The notes: generated from the sequence alone by a model not told the origin. DNA of 64,000 nucleotides from Dehalococcoidia bacterium (GCA_965249185.1 CBDFLS010000002.1:1933594-1997593); one strand, 5' to 3'. Positions 9,090 through 18,511 are shown, numbered from the stretch's first letter. Numbers and translations are program-made.

Positions 9090-9994
9090 GGGGCTCTCCT
9101 GGGGGCGTGGCCGCCGAACCGCAGGCGCATGGCGGCCAGCAGCCTTGCGCTGAAGGGCTGGTCTTGGCGGGAGCGGAAACGGGCCTGGAGCGCGGCTGAG
9201 ATGACCGGCAGCGGCACGGCGAGGTCCACCGATTCCTCCACCGTCCAGCGCCCCTCGCCCGAGTCCTCCACGTAGGCCAGGATCTCTCCCAGGTCCGGAT
9301 CGTCGGCCAGGGCGCCAGCTATCAAGTCCAGGAGCCAGGAGCGCAACACGCTCCCGTAGCGCCACGTCTCCGCCACCTGGGCCAGGTCCAGCCCGAGCTC
9401 CTCCTTGGCCTTGAGCAGCTCGAAGCCCTCGGCGTAGGCCTGCATCAGGCCGTACTCAACGCCGTTGTGGACCATCTTGGTGAAGTGCCCCGCTCCAAGG
9501 CCTCCCACGTGGGCGTACCCCTGGTCCGGGGCGGGCGCCAGGGCGTGGAAGAGGGGCTCGACCCGCAGCACCGCCTCGCGGTCGCCGCCCACCATGAGAC
9601 AGTAGCCCCCGGCCAGGCCCCAGATGCCGCCGCTGGTGCCCGCGTCCACCAGATGAAGCCCTTTGCCCGCCAGCTCCTGGCCCCGCCGCAGGGTGTCTTT
9701 GTAGTTGGCGTTGCCGCCGTCCACCACGACGTCGCCGGGCGCAAGGAGGCCGGCCAAGGCGTTGAGGGTGTCCTGGGTGGGCTGTCCCGCAGGCACCATG
9801 ACCCAGACGGCGCGGGGCGGGTCCAGCTTCTGGACCAGCTCCTCCAGCGAGGCGGCGCTGCCCAGCCCTCTGGCCTCGGCGGCACGCCGGGCATCGGGGT
9901 CCCGGTCGAAGGCGACGACCTGATGGCCTGCTCTGCTCAGGCGCTCAGCCATATTGCCGCCCATGCGGCCGAGACCGACCATTCCTACTTGCAT
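9086..9994 (-). CDS. gnd: 6-phosphogluconate dehydrogenase (decarboxylating), short ~300-aa type
   Basis: MQVGMVGLGRMGGNM Rossmann N-terminus and GAGHFTKMVHNGVEYG. ATG 9994 is preceded by AAGGAGA. Confidence 0.85.
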   Translation of the reverse strand: MQVGMVGLGRMGGNMAERLSRAGHQVVAFDRDPDARRAAEARGLGSAASLEELVQKLDPPRAVWVMVPAGQPTQDTLNALAGLLAPGDVVVDGGNANYKDTLRRGQELAGKGLHLVDAGTSGGIWGLAGGYCLMVGGDREAVLRVEPLFHALAPAPDQGYAHVGGLGAGHFTKMVHNGVEYGLMQAYAEGFELLKAKEELGLDLAQVAETWRYGSVLRSWLLDLIAGALADDPDLGEILAYVEDSGEGRWTVEESVDLAVPLPVISAALQARFRSRQDQPFSARLLAAMRLRFGGHAPRRAP

Positions 9995-9996
9995 GA

Positions 9997-10770
9997 CTAC
10001 GTCTCCTTTGACGGGTAAGACGCCCTGTTGTGGGCTTCGGTCCGGCGCCGGACGGCGGGGAGGAGGTACTCCGGGTCGCTGACGATCCACTGGGGGTCGA
10101 TGCCTGGAGCGCCCCGGAGACCGCACTCGGTGAAGGGTGTGGCCATGGCGACCACAGCCATGCCCGCGGCGATGCCGGCCCGCACTCCCGCCGGCGAGTC
10201 CTCGATGACCAGGCACTCCTCGGGGCGAACGTTCAGGCGGCTGGCGCCCAGGAGATAGATCTCAGGGTCCGGCTTGGGGTTCCGGACATCCTCACGGCCC
10301 AACAGGGTGTCGAGGAGCTCCATGAGTCCGAGCGTCTCCAGCACGTAACGCGCCTCTTTGGGGGTGGACATGGTGGCTACCGCCGTGGCGAGGCCCTCCC
10401 CCCGGAGGGTGCGGAGCAGCGCGATGCTGTGCGGCCACTGGTTCTCCCAGAGCACCTGGGGGTCGCTGACCAGGGCGTCGTATATCCGCAGCCGGAGCGC
10501 CGTCAGCACGCCGGCGGGCTCCGATGCGCCATAGTCCTTCATGAGGGGCCTGAGGTCGGGCTCCAGCCCCAGCCGCTCCATGATGTGGCGGGAGGCCAGC
10601 TCCCGGGAGGACCCTACAATCTCCTTGTACGCCTCGATGGCCCGGGGGTCAGGGTCGGGGAGGTGGCGTATCTGCTGGACGGCTCGAGCGTAGGAGTTGG
10701 CTTTGAGCTTCTCCGATTGGACCAGAGTACCGTCCAGGTCAAACAAAACGGCCTGGATCACGTCATCCAC
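9997..10770 (-). CDS. HAD-superfamily hydrolase (beta-phosphoglucomutase/phosphatase-like)
   Basis: 257 aa. Has VLFDLDGTLV (motif I) and EDSPAGVRAGIAAGM (motif IV region). Confidence 0.8.
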   Translation of the reverse strand: MDDVIQAVLFDLDGTLVQSEKLKANSYARAVQQIRHLPDPDPRAIEAYKEIVGSSRELASRHIMERLGLEPDLRPLMKDYGASEPAGVLTALRLRIYDALVSDPQVLWENQWPHSIALLRTLRGEGLATAVATMSTPKEARYVLETLGLMELLDTLLGREDVRNPKPDPEIYLLGASRLNVRPEECLVIEDSPAGVRAGIAAGMAVVAMATPFTECGLRGAPGIDPQWIVSDPEYLLPAVRRRTEAHNRASYPSKET

Positions 10771-13506
10771 CTAGCGGAGGGAGTCAAGCAGCGCCTGGAG
10801 GGCAGCGGCGGGGTCCGCTCCCAGTTGAAGCCGGGCGAGCCGCCGGTTCCGCTTCTGGAGGGCCTGCAAGTCGCCCAGGGCCTGGGCTTCGGCGAGCACT
10901 TGGAAGGTGTAAGGCTGACCGGGGATGGGGAGATCGATGGGCTGGCCGCCGGTGAGCTGCAGGTAGAGGCCCGTGGGGGGGCCACCCTTGTGGAGCTGGC
11001 CCGTGGAGTGGAGGTATCGGGGCCCGTATCCCGCGGTGGTGGCGATGCCGTGGCGCTCGGCGACCAGCCGCCGCAGCTTATCCAGCGCGTGGTCTATCTC
11101 GGGTGTTTGCGCCAGATAGGCCATGAGGGCCAGGTAATCACCCGGCTGGGCCGCGTCAAGGAGCGCCCCGGCGGAGGCGGGCGTCTCTACGTCCGGCAGA
11201 CGGCCGTGCTCCTGGTAGCTCTTGAGCACCCGCTCCGTGAGGTCCTTGGCCTCTTGGACGTTGGGCTGGTCGAAGGGGTGCACTCCCAGGACGGCGCCGG
11301 CGATGGCCGTGGCGAACTCCCATCGGAAGATCTCCGCTCCCAGGTCGTAGCGGTCGGCCAGGTCCAGACGGAGGAAGGGATGTCCAGCCGCGGCCAGGGC
11401 GTCGAGGTGGACGTCGGTGGCCGCGTTGTCGTCGCCGGCCAGACGCAGGTACACGAAAAAGCGGTCGTGGCCGTAGGCGGCGGGCGGCATGGGCGGCTCG
11501 CCGGCCACGGGCACGATGCCGGTGCCCTCCTTGCCCAGGCTCTCGGCCAGGAGCTGCTCCACCCACAGCCCGAAGGCGGATATGTCGGGGGAGGTGACCA
11601 GCGTGAGCTTGTCCACTCCCTTCTTGGCCAGGGCGCCCATGGCGGCGCCCAACCAGAGACCGGAGTTCTCAGGACCACGGATACTGGAGGCGCATGCCTC
11701 TCCCATCCGGCGGGCCCGGTCCAGGAGCAGCGCTACGTCGACGCCCATCAGAGCGGCGGGCACCAGGCCGAAGTAGGAGAGGGCGGAGAACCGGCCTCCG
11801 ATGTCGGCTGGGTTCAGGAAGGTGCGGCGGAAGCCGTCACGCCGGGCCAGCTCCTCCAGGGAGGTGCCCGAGTCCGTGATGGCGACGAAGTGTTCTCCGG
11901 CCGAAGCGCCATCAACAGCGTTCTCGACCAGGGCCCGGAAGTGGCGGTAGAAGGAGAGCACCTCAACGGTGCCTCCCGACTTGGAGGAGACGATGAAAAG
12001 CGTGCGGCGTGGATCAACGGCGTCGGTGACGCGCTGGACCCAGCCCGGCACGGTGGAGTCGAGGACGAGCAGCTCGGGGTGGCCGGAGGCGCTGCCGAAG
12101 GTCCGGCGGAGCACCTCGGGGGAGAGGCCGCTGCCTCCCATGCCCAGGAGCACCACGTGACGGAAGCCCGCCTCGCGCACCTCTCGGGCGAGCGCCTCCA
12201 GCATGGGGAGCTGCTCGCTCATGAGGTCCGGGGCCGACAGCCAGCCGAGCCGGTCCGTGATCTCCTTGGGGTCGTTGCGCCAAACGGTGTGGTCCTTGCG
12301 CCAGGTGCGGGCGACCACTTCGTCCCGCCGGAGCCGGTCCACGGCTTCGCTCACTGCCGGGGCGTGCTCGCCCAGCGTCGCGCCGGGCGCATGCTCCGCC
12401 AGCAGCTTGGCCTGCTTCTCCTGGATGCTGGCGAGCGCGGCGGCGTAAGAACGGGCGAAGGCGCTCACGCCGTCGGCCAGGAGCTTCGCGGCGACCTCAC
12501 CCATATCGATATCGGCTCGGGCGAGGGCGTCCAGAGTGCTCCGGGCGTCCTTTGCGTTGTCGTCGAGGGTGACGGCGGGACAGCCGTGGTCCAGGACCGC
12601 GGTGACGGTGGCCGGCGGCATGGTGTTGACCGTGTCGGGGCCTATGAGGGAATCGACGTAGAGGGTGTCTGGATAGGCCGGGTCCTTGGTGCTGGTGCTG
12701 GCCCACAGGGGGCGCTGGACGCGGGCCCCTTGGGCCCGTAGGGCCTCGAACCGGTCCTGGCCGAAGGTGTGGCGGAAGAGGGCGTAGGCCATGTGGGCGT
12801 TGGCGATGGCCGCCTTGCCCAGCAGTGGTCGCAGCCCGGTGGCCCCACCTCGAATCCGCTCGTGGAGCAGTGCGTCCACGGCGGTGTCCACCCGGCTCAC
12901 GAAGAAGGACGCCACGGAGGCCACCGAGCTTGGGTCACCGCCGTTGGCGGCCAGCGCCTCCATCCCCGAAATGTAGGCCTCCATCCCCTGGCGGTAGGAC
13001 TCCAGCGAGAAGGTGAGCGTCACGTTGATGTTGAGACCGTCGGCGATGAGCTGGCGGATGGCGGGGACTCCCTGCGGGGTGGCCGGGACTTTGATCATCA
13101 CGTTGGGGCGGTCCAGGATATCGAAGAGGCGGTGGGCCTCGGCCACAGTGGCGCCTGTGTCGTGGGCCAGGGCAGGGGGCACCTCGAGGCTCACGTAACC
13201 GTCGGCGCCGTCCGTCTCGTCGTAGACGCCCCGGAGGAGGTCGGCGGCGCCCCGGATATCCTCCAGGGCCAGGGCCTCGAAGATCTGGGCGGGAGGCTTG
13301 CCGGAGTGGGTCGGCGATAGCAGGGCGTCGTCGTAGTCGGTGCTGCCGGCAATCGCCTTCTCGAAGATGGTGGGGTTGGAGGTCAGGCCCGTGACGCCGA
13401 GCTCGATGAGCTCCGCCAGATCTCCCGATGTGAGCAGGCCACGCCGGATATTGTCATACCAGGTTGACTGGCCGAGCGCGCGGGCTTGCTGGATGGTATT
13501 GGGCAT
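10771..13506 (-). CDS. bifunctional transaldolase / glucose-6-phosphate isomerase
   Basis: 911 aa. The N-terminal ~370 aa are transaldolase-like (STWYDNIRR, TSNPTIFEKAI, NVMIKVPAT). The C-terminal part is PGI-like (LLGMGGS, IVSSKSGGT). Confidence 0.9.
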   Translation of the reverse strand: MPNTIQQARALGQSTWYDNIRRGLLTSGDLAELIELGVTGLTSNPTIFEKAIAGSTDYDDALLSPTHSGKPPAQIFEALALEDIRGAADLLRGVYDETDGADGYVSLEVPPALAHDTGATVAEAHRLFDILDRPNVMIKVPATPQGVPAIRQLIADGLNINVTLTFSLESYRQGMEAYISGMEALAANGGDPSSVASVASFFVSRVDTAVDALLHERIRGGATGLRPLLGKAAIANAHMAYALFRHTFGQDRFEALRAQGARVQRPLWASTSTKDPAYPDTLYVDSLIGPDTVNTMPPATVTAVLDHGCPAVTLDDNAKDARSTLDALARADIDMGEVAAKLLADGVSAFARSYAAALASIQEKQAKLLAEHAPGATLGEHAPAVSEAVDRLRRDEVVARTWRKDHTVWRNDPKEITDRLGWLSAPDLMSEQLPMLEALAREVREAGFRHVVLLGMGGSGLSPEVLRRTFGSASGHPELLVLDSTVPGWVQRVTDAVDPRRTLFIVSSKSGGTVEVLSFYRHFRALVENAVDGASAGEHFVAITDSGTSLEELARRDGFRRTFLNPADIGGRFSALSYFGLVPAALMGVDVALLLDRARRMGEACASSIRGPENSGLWLGAAMGALAKKGVDKLTLVTSPDISAFGLWVEQLLAESLGKEGTGIVPVAGEPPMPPAAYGHDRFFVYLRLAGDDNAATDVHLDALAAAGHPFLRLDLADRYDLGAEIFRWEFATAIAGAVLGVHPFDQPNVQEAKDLTERVLKSYQEHGRLPDVETPASAGALLDAAQPGDYLALMAYLAQTPEIDHALDKLRRLVAERHGIATTAGYGPRYLHSTGQLHKGGPPTGLYLQLTGGQPIDLPIPGQPYTFQVLAEAQALGDLQALQKRNRRLARLQLGADPAAALQALLDSLR

Positions 13507-13517
13507 CGGCGCATTTC

Positions 13518-13988
13518 CTAGTCGTTTGATGCGGGAACGGAGTAGCGCGATTCAACCGCCCGCACCTTCTGGAGCCTTCGGAGGTGACGCTCCTCTCCGC
13601 TGAAGCCGGCGTGCAGGAAGGCGCGGACGAGTTCCTGGGTGAGCTCCGGGCCGATGACCCGGGTGCCCAGGCAGAGGACGTTCATGTCGTCGTGCTCGAC
13701 GCCCTGGCGAGCGGAATAGGTGTCGTGGCAGAGGCCGGCGCGCACGCCGGGGACCTTGTTGGCGGTGATGGAGGCGCCCACGCCGCTGCCACAGAGGAGC
13801 ACGCCCCGCTCGGCTCGGCCGGCGGCCACCGCCTCGGCTACCGCTTGGGCGTAATCGGGGTAGTCATCCGCGGGGTCGAGGGCCGAAGCCCCCAGGTCCA
13901 GGACCTCGTGCTCCAATGAGCGGAGCCACTGGGCAAGCTCGCTCTTGGCCTGAAACCCCGCGTGGTCTGCTCCGAGGGCGATGTGCAC
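13518..13988 (-). CDS. rpiB: ribose-5-phosphate isomerase B
   Basis: 156 aa, GTG start. Has [10 protein letters not shown] and [15 protein letters not shown] motifs. Confidence 0.9.
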   Translation of the reverse strand: MHIALGADHAGFQAKSELAQWLRSLEHEVLDLGASALDPADDYPDYAQAVAEAVAAGRAERGVLLCGSGVGASITANKVPGVRAGLCHDTYSARQGVEHDDMNVLCLGTRVIGPELTQELVRAFLHAGFSGEERHLRRLQKVRAVESRYSVPASND

Positions 13989-14342
13989 GGCTGTGGGCTC
14001 CGCTGGGTGCGCTTTAGGCAGGGATGATCAAGAGAGACGCCGATGGCGCCAGAGACCATGAAAATGAGGAGCAAGCTGACTGCGATATGGGCCACCCGCG
14101 AGGCTGCGGCAACGGGATGGAAGGGGGCCACGATAACAAATGGCGGGGACGGTGTAAACTTAAGGAGGGCGGTGAAGACGCGTGAGTCGAGGGAGCGGCC
14201 CAGCACGCGCCGCCCCCCGTTGGTCGAGGCAAGCCCGCGGCCATAGGGAACAGTTGGTGGAAGGAGGCTGCGATGGGATTGCTCCACTGGTTGACGCGCT
14301 GAAGGCGCCCTGGTACGTTGCGTAACTGAGCTAATTTAAATT

Positions 14343-15187
14343 GGGTAAAGTCCCGTTTTAGCCACCGGATTAGCTTCGAAGCAGCTTGAACAATGTCTTA
14401 ACCTGTTCTGGTCCCAACAGACGCCGATGATTGTAGCGCCAGACATACTCAGCAAGATAGAGGGGCAGCCGTTCTCGGCGGACTCCCCCTTTGGCTGCCA
14501 GACGCCGCTTGAGATAACCCCAGAAGCCCTCCAAGCCGTTGACGTGGCTCCCTTGCCGATCGCTGAACGCCTGGCTGTGGTCCACAAGCCGGTGGACGTA
14601 GCCCCCCGCTGCGACGCCCGTGTAGCTGGTAAAGGTGTCCGAGCAGACGATGGAGCCACGTTGCACGCGTTGGTGCAGGAGCGGCAGCAGCGTCTTGGCT
14701 TCCACGTTAGGTACCACTTGCGCCCACACCAGGCCACCTCGACACAGGATCCCAAAGACAGCTTGCTTAGTGGTTCCACGGCCCCGCTTCGTGCCCTGAA
14801 CACGCTTTGCCAGGCGCCTGTTGCGCCAGGAACCTCCCAGGTAGGTCTCGTCGACCTCCACCACGCCGGAGAAGACATGGGGAACGTCCCGGACCATGGC
14901 CTGGCGCACCACGATCAGGGCGCGCAGGACTCGCTTTCGCTCCAGGCGGGCCTCCTGGGCAATCACCTCGGCACTCTGCCCCAAGACGAACCAGCGCAAC
15001 AGTCGCCGCCACTCCCCTGGCGACAACCGAAGCGGCAGCGCCCTGGGCACCCACTCGTAGTGGCAGGCTGCACAACGACTCTTACCTCGCCGAATGCTCC
15101 AGCTCTTGGCGTGTTGACATCGAGGGCACCCAATCTTCCGTCCCATGCCACCATTCTCTCACAGGTGGCTGTTTTGGGACTATACCC
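14343..15187 (-). mobile_element. IS1595-family insertion sequence, copy 2 (845 bp), no target-site duplication
   Basis: Same ends as copy 1. The flanks TTTAAATT (14335-14342) and AAGGTAAT (15188-15195) do not match. Confidence 0.9.
14370..15146 (-). CDS. IS1595-family transposase
   Basis: 258 aa. Identical to copy 1 except the C-terminal ...KLLRS (Q257R). Confidence 0.9.
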   Translation of the reverse strand: MGRKIGCPRCQHAKSWSIRRGKSRCAACHYEWVPRALPLRLSPGEWRRLLRWFVLGQSAEVIAQEARLERKRVLRALIVVRQAMVRDVPHVFSGVVEVDETYLGGSWRNRRLAKRVQGTKRGRGTTKQAVFGILCRGGLVWAQVVPNVEAKTLLPLLHQRVQRGSIVCSDTFTSYTGVAAGGYVHRLVDHSQAFSDRQGSHVNGLEGFWGYLKRRLAAKGGVRRERLPLYLAEYVWRYNHRRLLGPEQVKTLFKLLRS

Positions 15188-15791
15188 AAGGTAATTCTAG
15201 TGGATGCCGACCTCCGCAAGCCCTCGCAACACAACATATTTGGACTGGGACGTCAGCATGGGCTGACTAACCTGCTCTTGGGCTCCCTTACGTTAGATGA
15301 AGCTCTGAGGCAGGAAGTTAAAGATGGCCTCACCGTGATTCCCAGCGGTCCTCTACCCCCGGATCCTGCACAAGTCCTCAGACTGCCACAGATGAGGGAG
15401 GTATTGGAGCGGCTGCGAGAGCGGGCGGATTTGGTGATTATCGATTCGGCTCCGCTTCTTGCAGTATCAGAAGCTCTGGTATTACCATCAATGGCAGACG
15501 CAGTCCTCATGGTCATAGATGTGCATGCTACTCGCCGTCAATCTGTTGAACGCGCCGTGGCGGCACTTCGGCAGGCGATATGGAAAGGTGGCGGGTGCAG
15601 TCTTCAATAAGGTCAATGTTAAGGAATCTGAAGCATACTACTACCACTACTATTACGCCCAGGGCTATGGCGAACCTGCTGGCGGTCGGCGCGCAGGGAT
15701 AGCTGGAAGGTTGGCTGGGCTCCGCAAGCTCAATGTTTTCAACAAGCGCCGGCCGCATTCTAAACGGCCTACCGAGATTGCCGCGGAGTGA
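15188..15791 (+). pseudogene. BY-kinase (CpsD/Wzc-type tyrosine autokinase) C-terminal remnant, 5'-truncated and frameshifted
   Basis: Starts at the IS end with KVILVDADLRKP (Walker A'), followed by LVIIDSAPLL (Walker B). The Walker A and Wzz domains are absent. The frame breaks near 15575-15590, and the tail GKVAGAVFNKV...EAYYYHYYYAQGYG (tyrosine cluster) is in another frame. Confidence 0.8.
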
Positions 15792-15954
15792 CGGAATGGG
15801 GTCCCCCGGGTACTGCCTCTGGGTGTTGTTGGAGGCTTCGGGGTACATTGTCTCGTCTCCACATCCGACTGAAACGTGGCGCTTGGGGGAGTGGGCCCGT
15901 AGCGAATGGGTTCCCGCGAGCGCACGATAAAGAGCGAAAAAGGAGTTGTAGAAA

Positions 15955-17166
15955 TTGAATGAGATGCAGACACCAAGAGTGATTGCAGGGGTGGTCCCCG
16001 CCCATGGCGGCACGCTGAAGGAATTGCTCTCAGCGGATGATGCGGGGATTCAAACGCTGCGGGATGAAGCGGCTAGGCTACCATCCTGGGAGTTAACCTC
16101 CCGGCAAGTGTGTGATACGGAGTTGCTGCTGAATGGCGGGTTCTCTCCGCTCGAGGGTTTTCTCGGCCGGGAGGACTATGGTTCGGTCTGCGGTGAGATG
16201 CGGCTCGTGGACGGAACTATCTGGCCGATCCCCATAACGCTTGATGTGACCGAAGCGTTCGCGTCGTCTCTCACCAAAGGCGCTCGGGTCACCCTGCGGG
16301 ACCCGGAGGGGGTGGCACTCGCTATATTGACGGTCAGCGATGTGTGGAGGCCGGACTTGCGGGAGGAAGCGAGGCTGGTCTATGGCACCACGGATGAGCT
16401 TCACCCGGGAGTGACCAATCTCTTTCACCATACCGGAACGTTATACGTGGGGGGCCGGTTGGAGGGCCTGGAGCTCCCGGCGCATAGCACCTTTGGGGAG
16501 CTGAGGCACACGCCGGCACAGCTACGGAAATTATTCGATGCGAAGGGTTGGAAGCGGATTGTGGCGTTCCAGACCCGCAATCCGATGCACCGGGCCCATG
16601 TAGAGGTAACGAAACAAGCTGCACGGGAGGCCGAGGCGAATCTGCTCATCCACCCAGTGGTTGGGCAGACCAAGCCCGGCGATGTGGAGTCTTACACTCG
16701 GGTCCGCTGCTATCAGGCCCTGCTCCAGTATTATCCGGAGCAGACGACCGCGCTCAGCTTGCTGCCTCTGGCCATGCGCATGGCCGGGCCCCGGGAGGCG
16801 GTATGGCATGCGATCATTAGGAAGAACTACGGATGCACGCACCTGATCGTGGGGAGAGACCATGCCGGGCCCGGGAATGACAGCCAGGGTAAGCCGTTCT
16901 ACTCGCCCTACGCGGCCCAAGAGCTGTTGGCAATGCATGAGCAGGAGCTGGGCATCAAGCTCGTCTCTTTTGAGGAGATGGTGTACGTGGAGAGCGTGGG
17001 GCAGTATATGGTGCGTTCCCAGGTGCCCGATGGCGCGGAAGTCCTTTCGATCTCCGGCACGGAGCTCCGTTCGCGCCTGGAGCAAGGGACTGAGCTTCCG
17101 GAGTGGTTCACTTATCCAGAGGTGGCTCTAGAGTTGCGCCGCTTATACCCAGCTCGCGGCCAGTAG
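15955..17166 (+). CDS. sat: sulfate adenylyltransferase (ATP sulfurylase)
   Basis: 403 aa. QTRNPMHRAH and GRDHAGPG motifs. TTG start 9 nt after AGGAG. No fused APS-kinase domain. Confidence 0.9.
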   Translation: MNEMQTPRVIAGVVPAHGGTLKELLSADDAGIQTLRDEAARLPSWELTSRQVCDTELLLNGGFSPLEGFLGREDYGSVCGEMRLVDGTIWPIPITLDVTEAFASSLTKGARVTLRDPEGVALAILTVSDVWRPDLREEARLVYGTTDELHPGVTNLFHHTGTLYVGGRLEGLELPAHSTFGELRHTPAQLRKLFDAKGWKRIVAFQTRNPMHRAHVEVTKQAAREAEANLLIHPVVGQTKPGDVESYTRVRCYQALLQYYPEQTTALSLLPLAMRMAGPREAVWHAIIRKNYGCTHLIVGRDHAGPGNDSQGKPFYSPYAAQELLAMHEQELGIKLVSFEEMVYVESVGQYMVRSQVPDGAEVLSISGTELRSRLEQGTELPEWFTYPEVALELRRLYPARGQ

Positions 17167-17265
17167 GAGTCCGCTGACGGTCTGAATCGGTCCCGCGGCC
17201 GCGTTCTGTTCGTCCTTTGCACTTGTGAGGGGGGCCGAAGCGGACGTTGAGGGCCGCCCGCTACT

Positions 17266-17297
17266 GGCACCTTCTTGGTGCCTTGTTTATTATGTTT
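17266..17297 (+). terminator. possible intrinsic terminator after sat
   Basis: GGCACC (17266-17271), loop TTCTT, GGTGCC (17277-17282), followed by TTGTTTATTATGTTT. The stem is short. Confidence 0.4.
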
Positions 17298-17536
17298 GGC
17301 GTGTTCAGACGGACCGGGTCCGCCGTGCAAGCGACCGCTCCTGGCCAACTCGGAATGCTCGAGGTGGACGGGTGCGGCTGCGTGGTCGGGGCCTGCTGAG
17401 GCGGCCGGCCACCAAGCACCCGGGCGCCGCAGGCGTTGCCGCGAGGCGCCGTGGCGGTGGGTGAAGCTGCGCCAGGCAGGCAGTTGGGACGGTATCCGCT
17501 TCGGTTACCCCTGGGGACCGCGCTCGCTGACTTTAT

Positions 17537-18511
17537 ATGACTAAGACACTTATAACTGGTGGCGCTGGGTTCATCGGCTCTCATCTGTGCGATAGGCTCT
17601 TGGCGATGGGGCATGAGGTTGTTTGTCTGGATAACCTTGACCCCTTTTATGCCCCAGGGGTGAAGCTCGCAAACCTGGCCGAAGCGCGCTCAAACCCCGG
17701 CCTTGAGTTCGTCCACGGGGACGTGATGGATACCGAACTGCTTGACCGCGTATTTGCGCGCGGGCCGGAGCTGGTGATACATCTCGCGGCCCTGGCTGGC
17801 GTCCGCAACTCTTTACTGGACCCGGCCCGGTATGCGCGGGTGAATATCGAGGGGACGGTGAATCTGCTGGAGCGGGCACGGAGCCATGGTGTGGGCCGCT
17901 TCGTCTTCGCTTCCTCCTCATCGGTTTACGGACATTCCGACGGCGGGCCTCTGTCTGAAGACCACCCCGCCCTTGAGCCGGTGTCACCGTATGGTGCGTC
18001 CAAGCGAGCGGGAGAGTTAGTCTGCTGGACCTTTAATCACCTCTCCGGAATGCCCATAGCGGCACTGCGGTTCTTTACGGTCTATGGGCCGAGACAGCGG
18101 CCAGACATGGCCATCCATAAGTTTGCGAAGCTCATGCTCTCGGGTCAGCCGATTCCCGTCTACGGCGATGGCCGCTCGCGCCGGGACTATACTTACGTGG
18201 CGGATATCATAGACGGCATCGTTGCGGCGGCAGAGCATCCCGATGGCTTTCAGATCTTCAACCTCGGAAGCTCGCGGCCCGTTGAACTTTTGGAGGTGAT
18301 CCATCAACTGGGCGCCGCACTTGATGTACAGCCCGAGCTTCAATTCCTCCCAGAGCAGCCGGGCGACGTGAGGTTTACGCTGTCTGACGGCGCTCGATCG
18401 GAGCGAGTCCTCGGCTACAGGCCGCAGGCCTCCATTGAGGAGGGCATCCGCAAATTCGCCGAGTGGTTTAGGCTGCACGGGACGTCCATGGAAGGGGAGC
18501 CGAAACCATGA
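17537..18511 (+). CDS. NAD-dependent epimerase, UDP-glucuronate 4-epimerase-like
   Basis: 324 aa. TGGAGFIGSH, YGASK and RFFTVYGPRQRPDMA motifs typical of the UDP-GlcA 4-epimerase subgroup of extended SDRs. Confidence 0.8.
   Translation: MTKTLITGGAGFIGSHLCDRLLAMGHEVVCLDNLDPFYAPGVKLANLAEARSNPGLEFVHGDVMDTELLDRVFARGPELVIHLAALAGVRNSLLDPARYARVNIEGTVNLLERARSHGVGRFVFASSSSVYGHSDGGPLSEDHPALEPVSPYGASKRAGELVCWTFNHLSGMPIAALRFFTVYGPRQRPDMAIHKFAKLMLSGQPIPVYGDGRSRRDYTYVADIIDGIVAAAEHPDGFQIFNLGSSRPVELLEVIHQLGAALDVQPELQFLPEQPGDVRFTLSDGARSERVLGYRPQASIEEGIRKFAEWFRLHGTSMEGEPKP

Noticed and set aside
10030-12741. 903-aa plus-strand ORF, the longest in this region
   Set aside because: It lies antisense to the strongly motif-supported transaldolase/PGI and HAD genes. 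Its composition is dominated by G, A, R, H, P, V and L with no recognisable motif. This is a typical stop-free antisense frame of a high-GC gene.
13989-14342. Minus-strand frame with one hydrophobic segment (IAVSLLLIFMVSGAIGV), considered as an inverted remnant of the missing Wzz half of the kinase
   Set aside because: Apart from one transmembrane-like stretch, the translation shows no Wzz-like motif (no proline-rich segment in the right register). The frame runs into the rpiB start region. It is more likely a promoter region with a fortuitous ORF.
3728-15187. IS1595 copies 1 and 2 (inverted) as a composite transposon carrying glmS and the PPP operon
   Set aside because: Copy 1 has its own intact TTCCTTA duplication, and the cpsB gene is contiguous across it. 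cpsB starts 7 nt after glmS. The outer flanks of the two copies do not match. The block is therefore native context, not cargo.
17225-17464. 79-aa and overlapping ORFs inside the sat to epimerase spacer
   Set aside because: They are Arg/Gly/Ala-rich, overlap on both strands, and lack both a ribosome-binding site and any motif. They are treated as non-coding.
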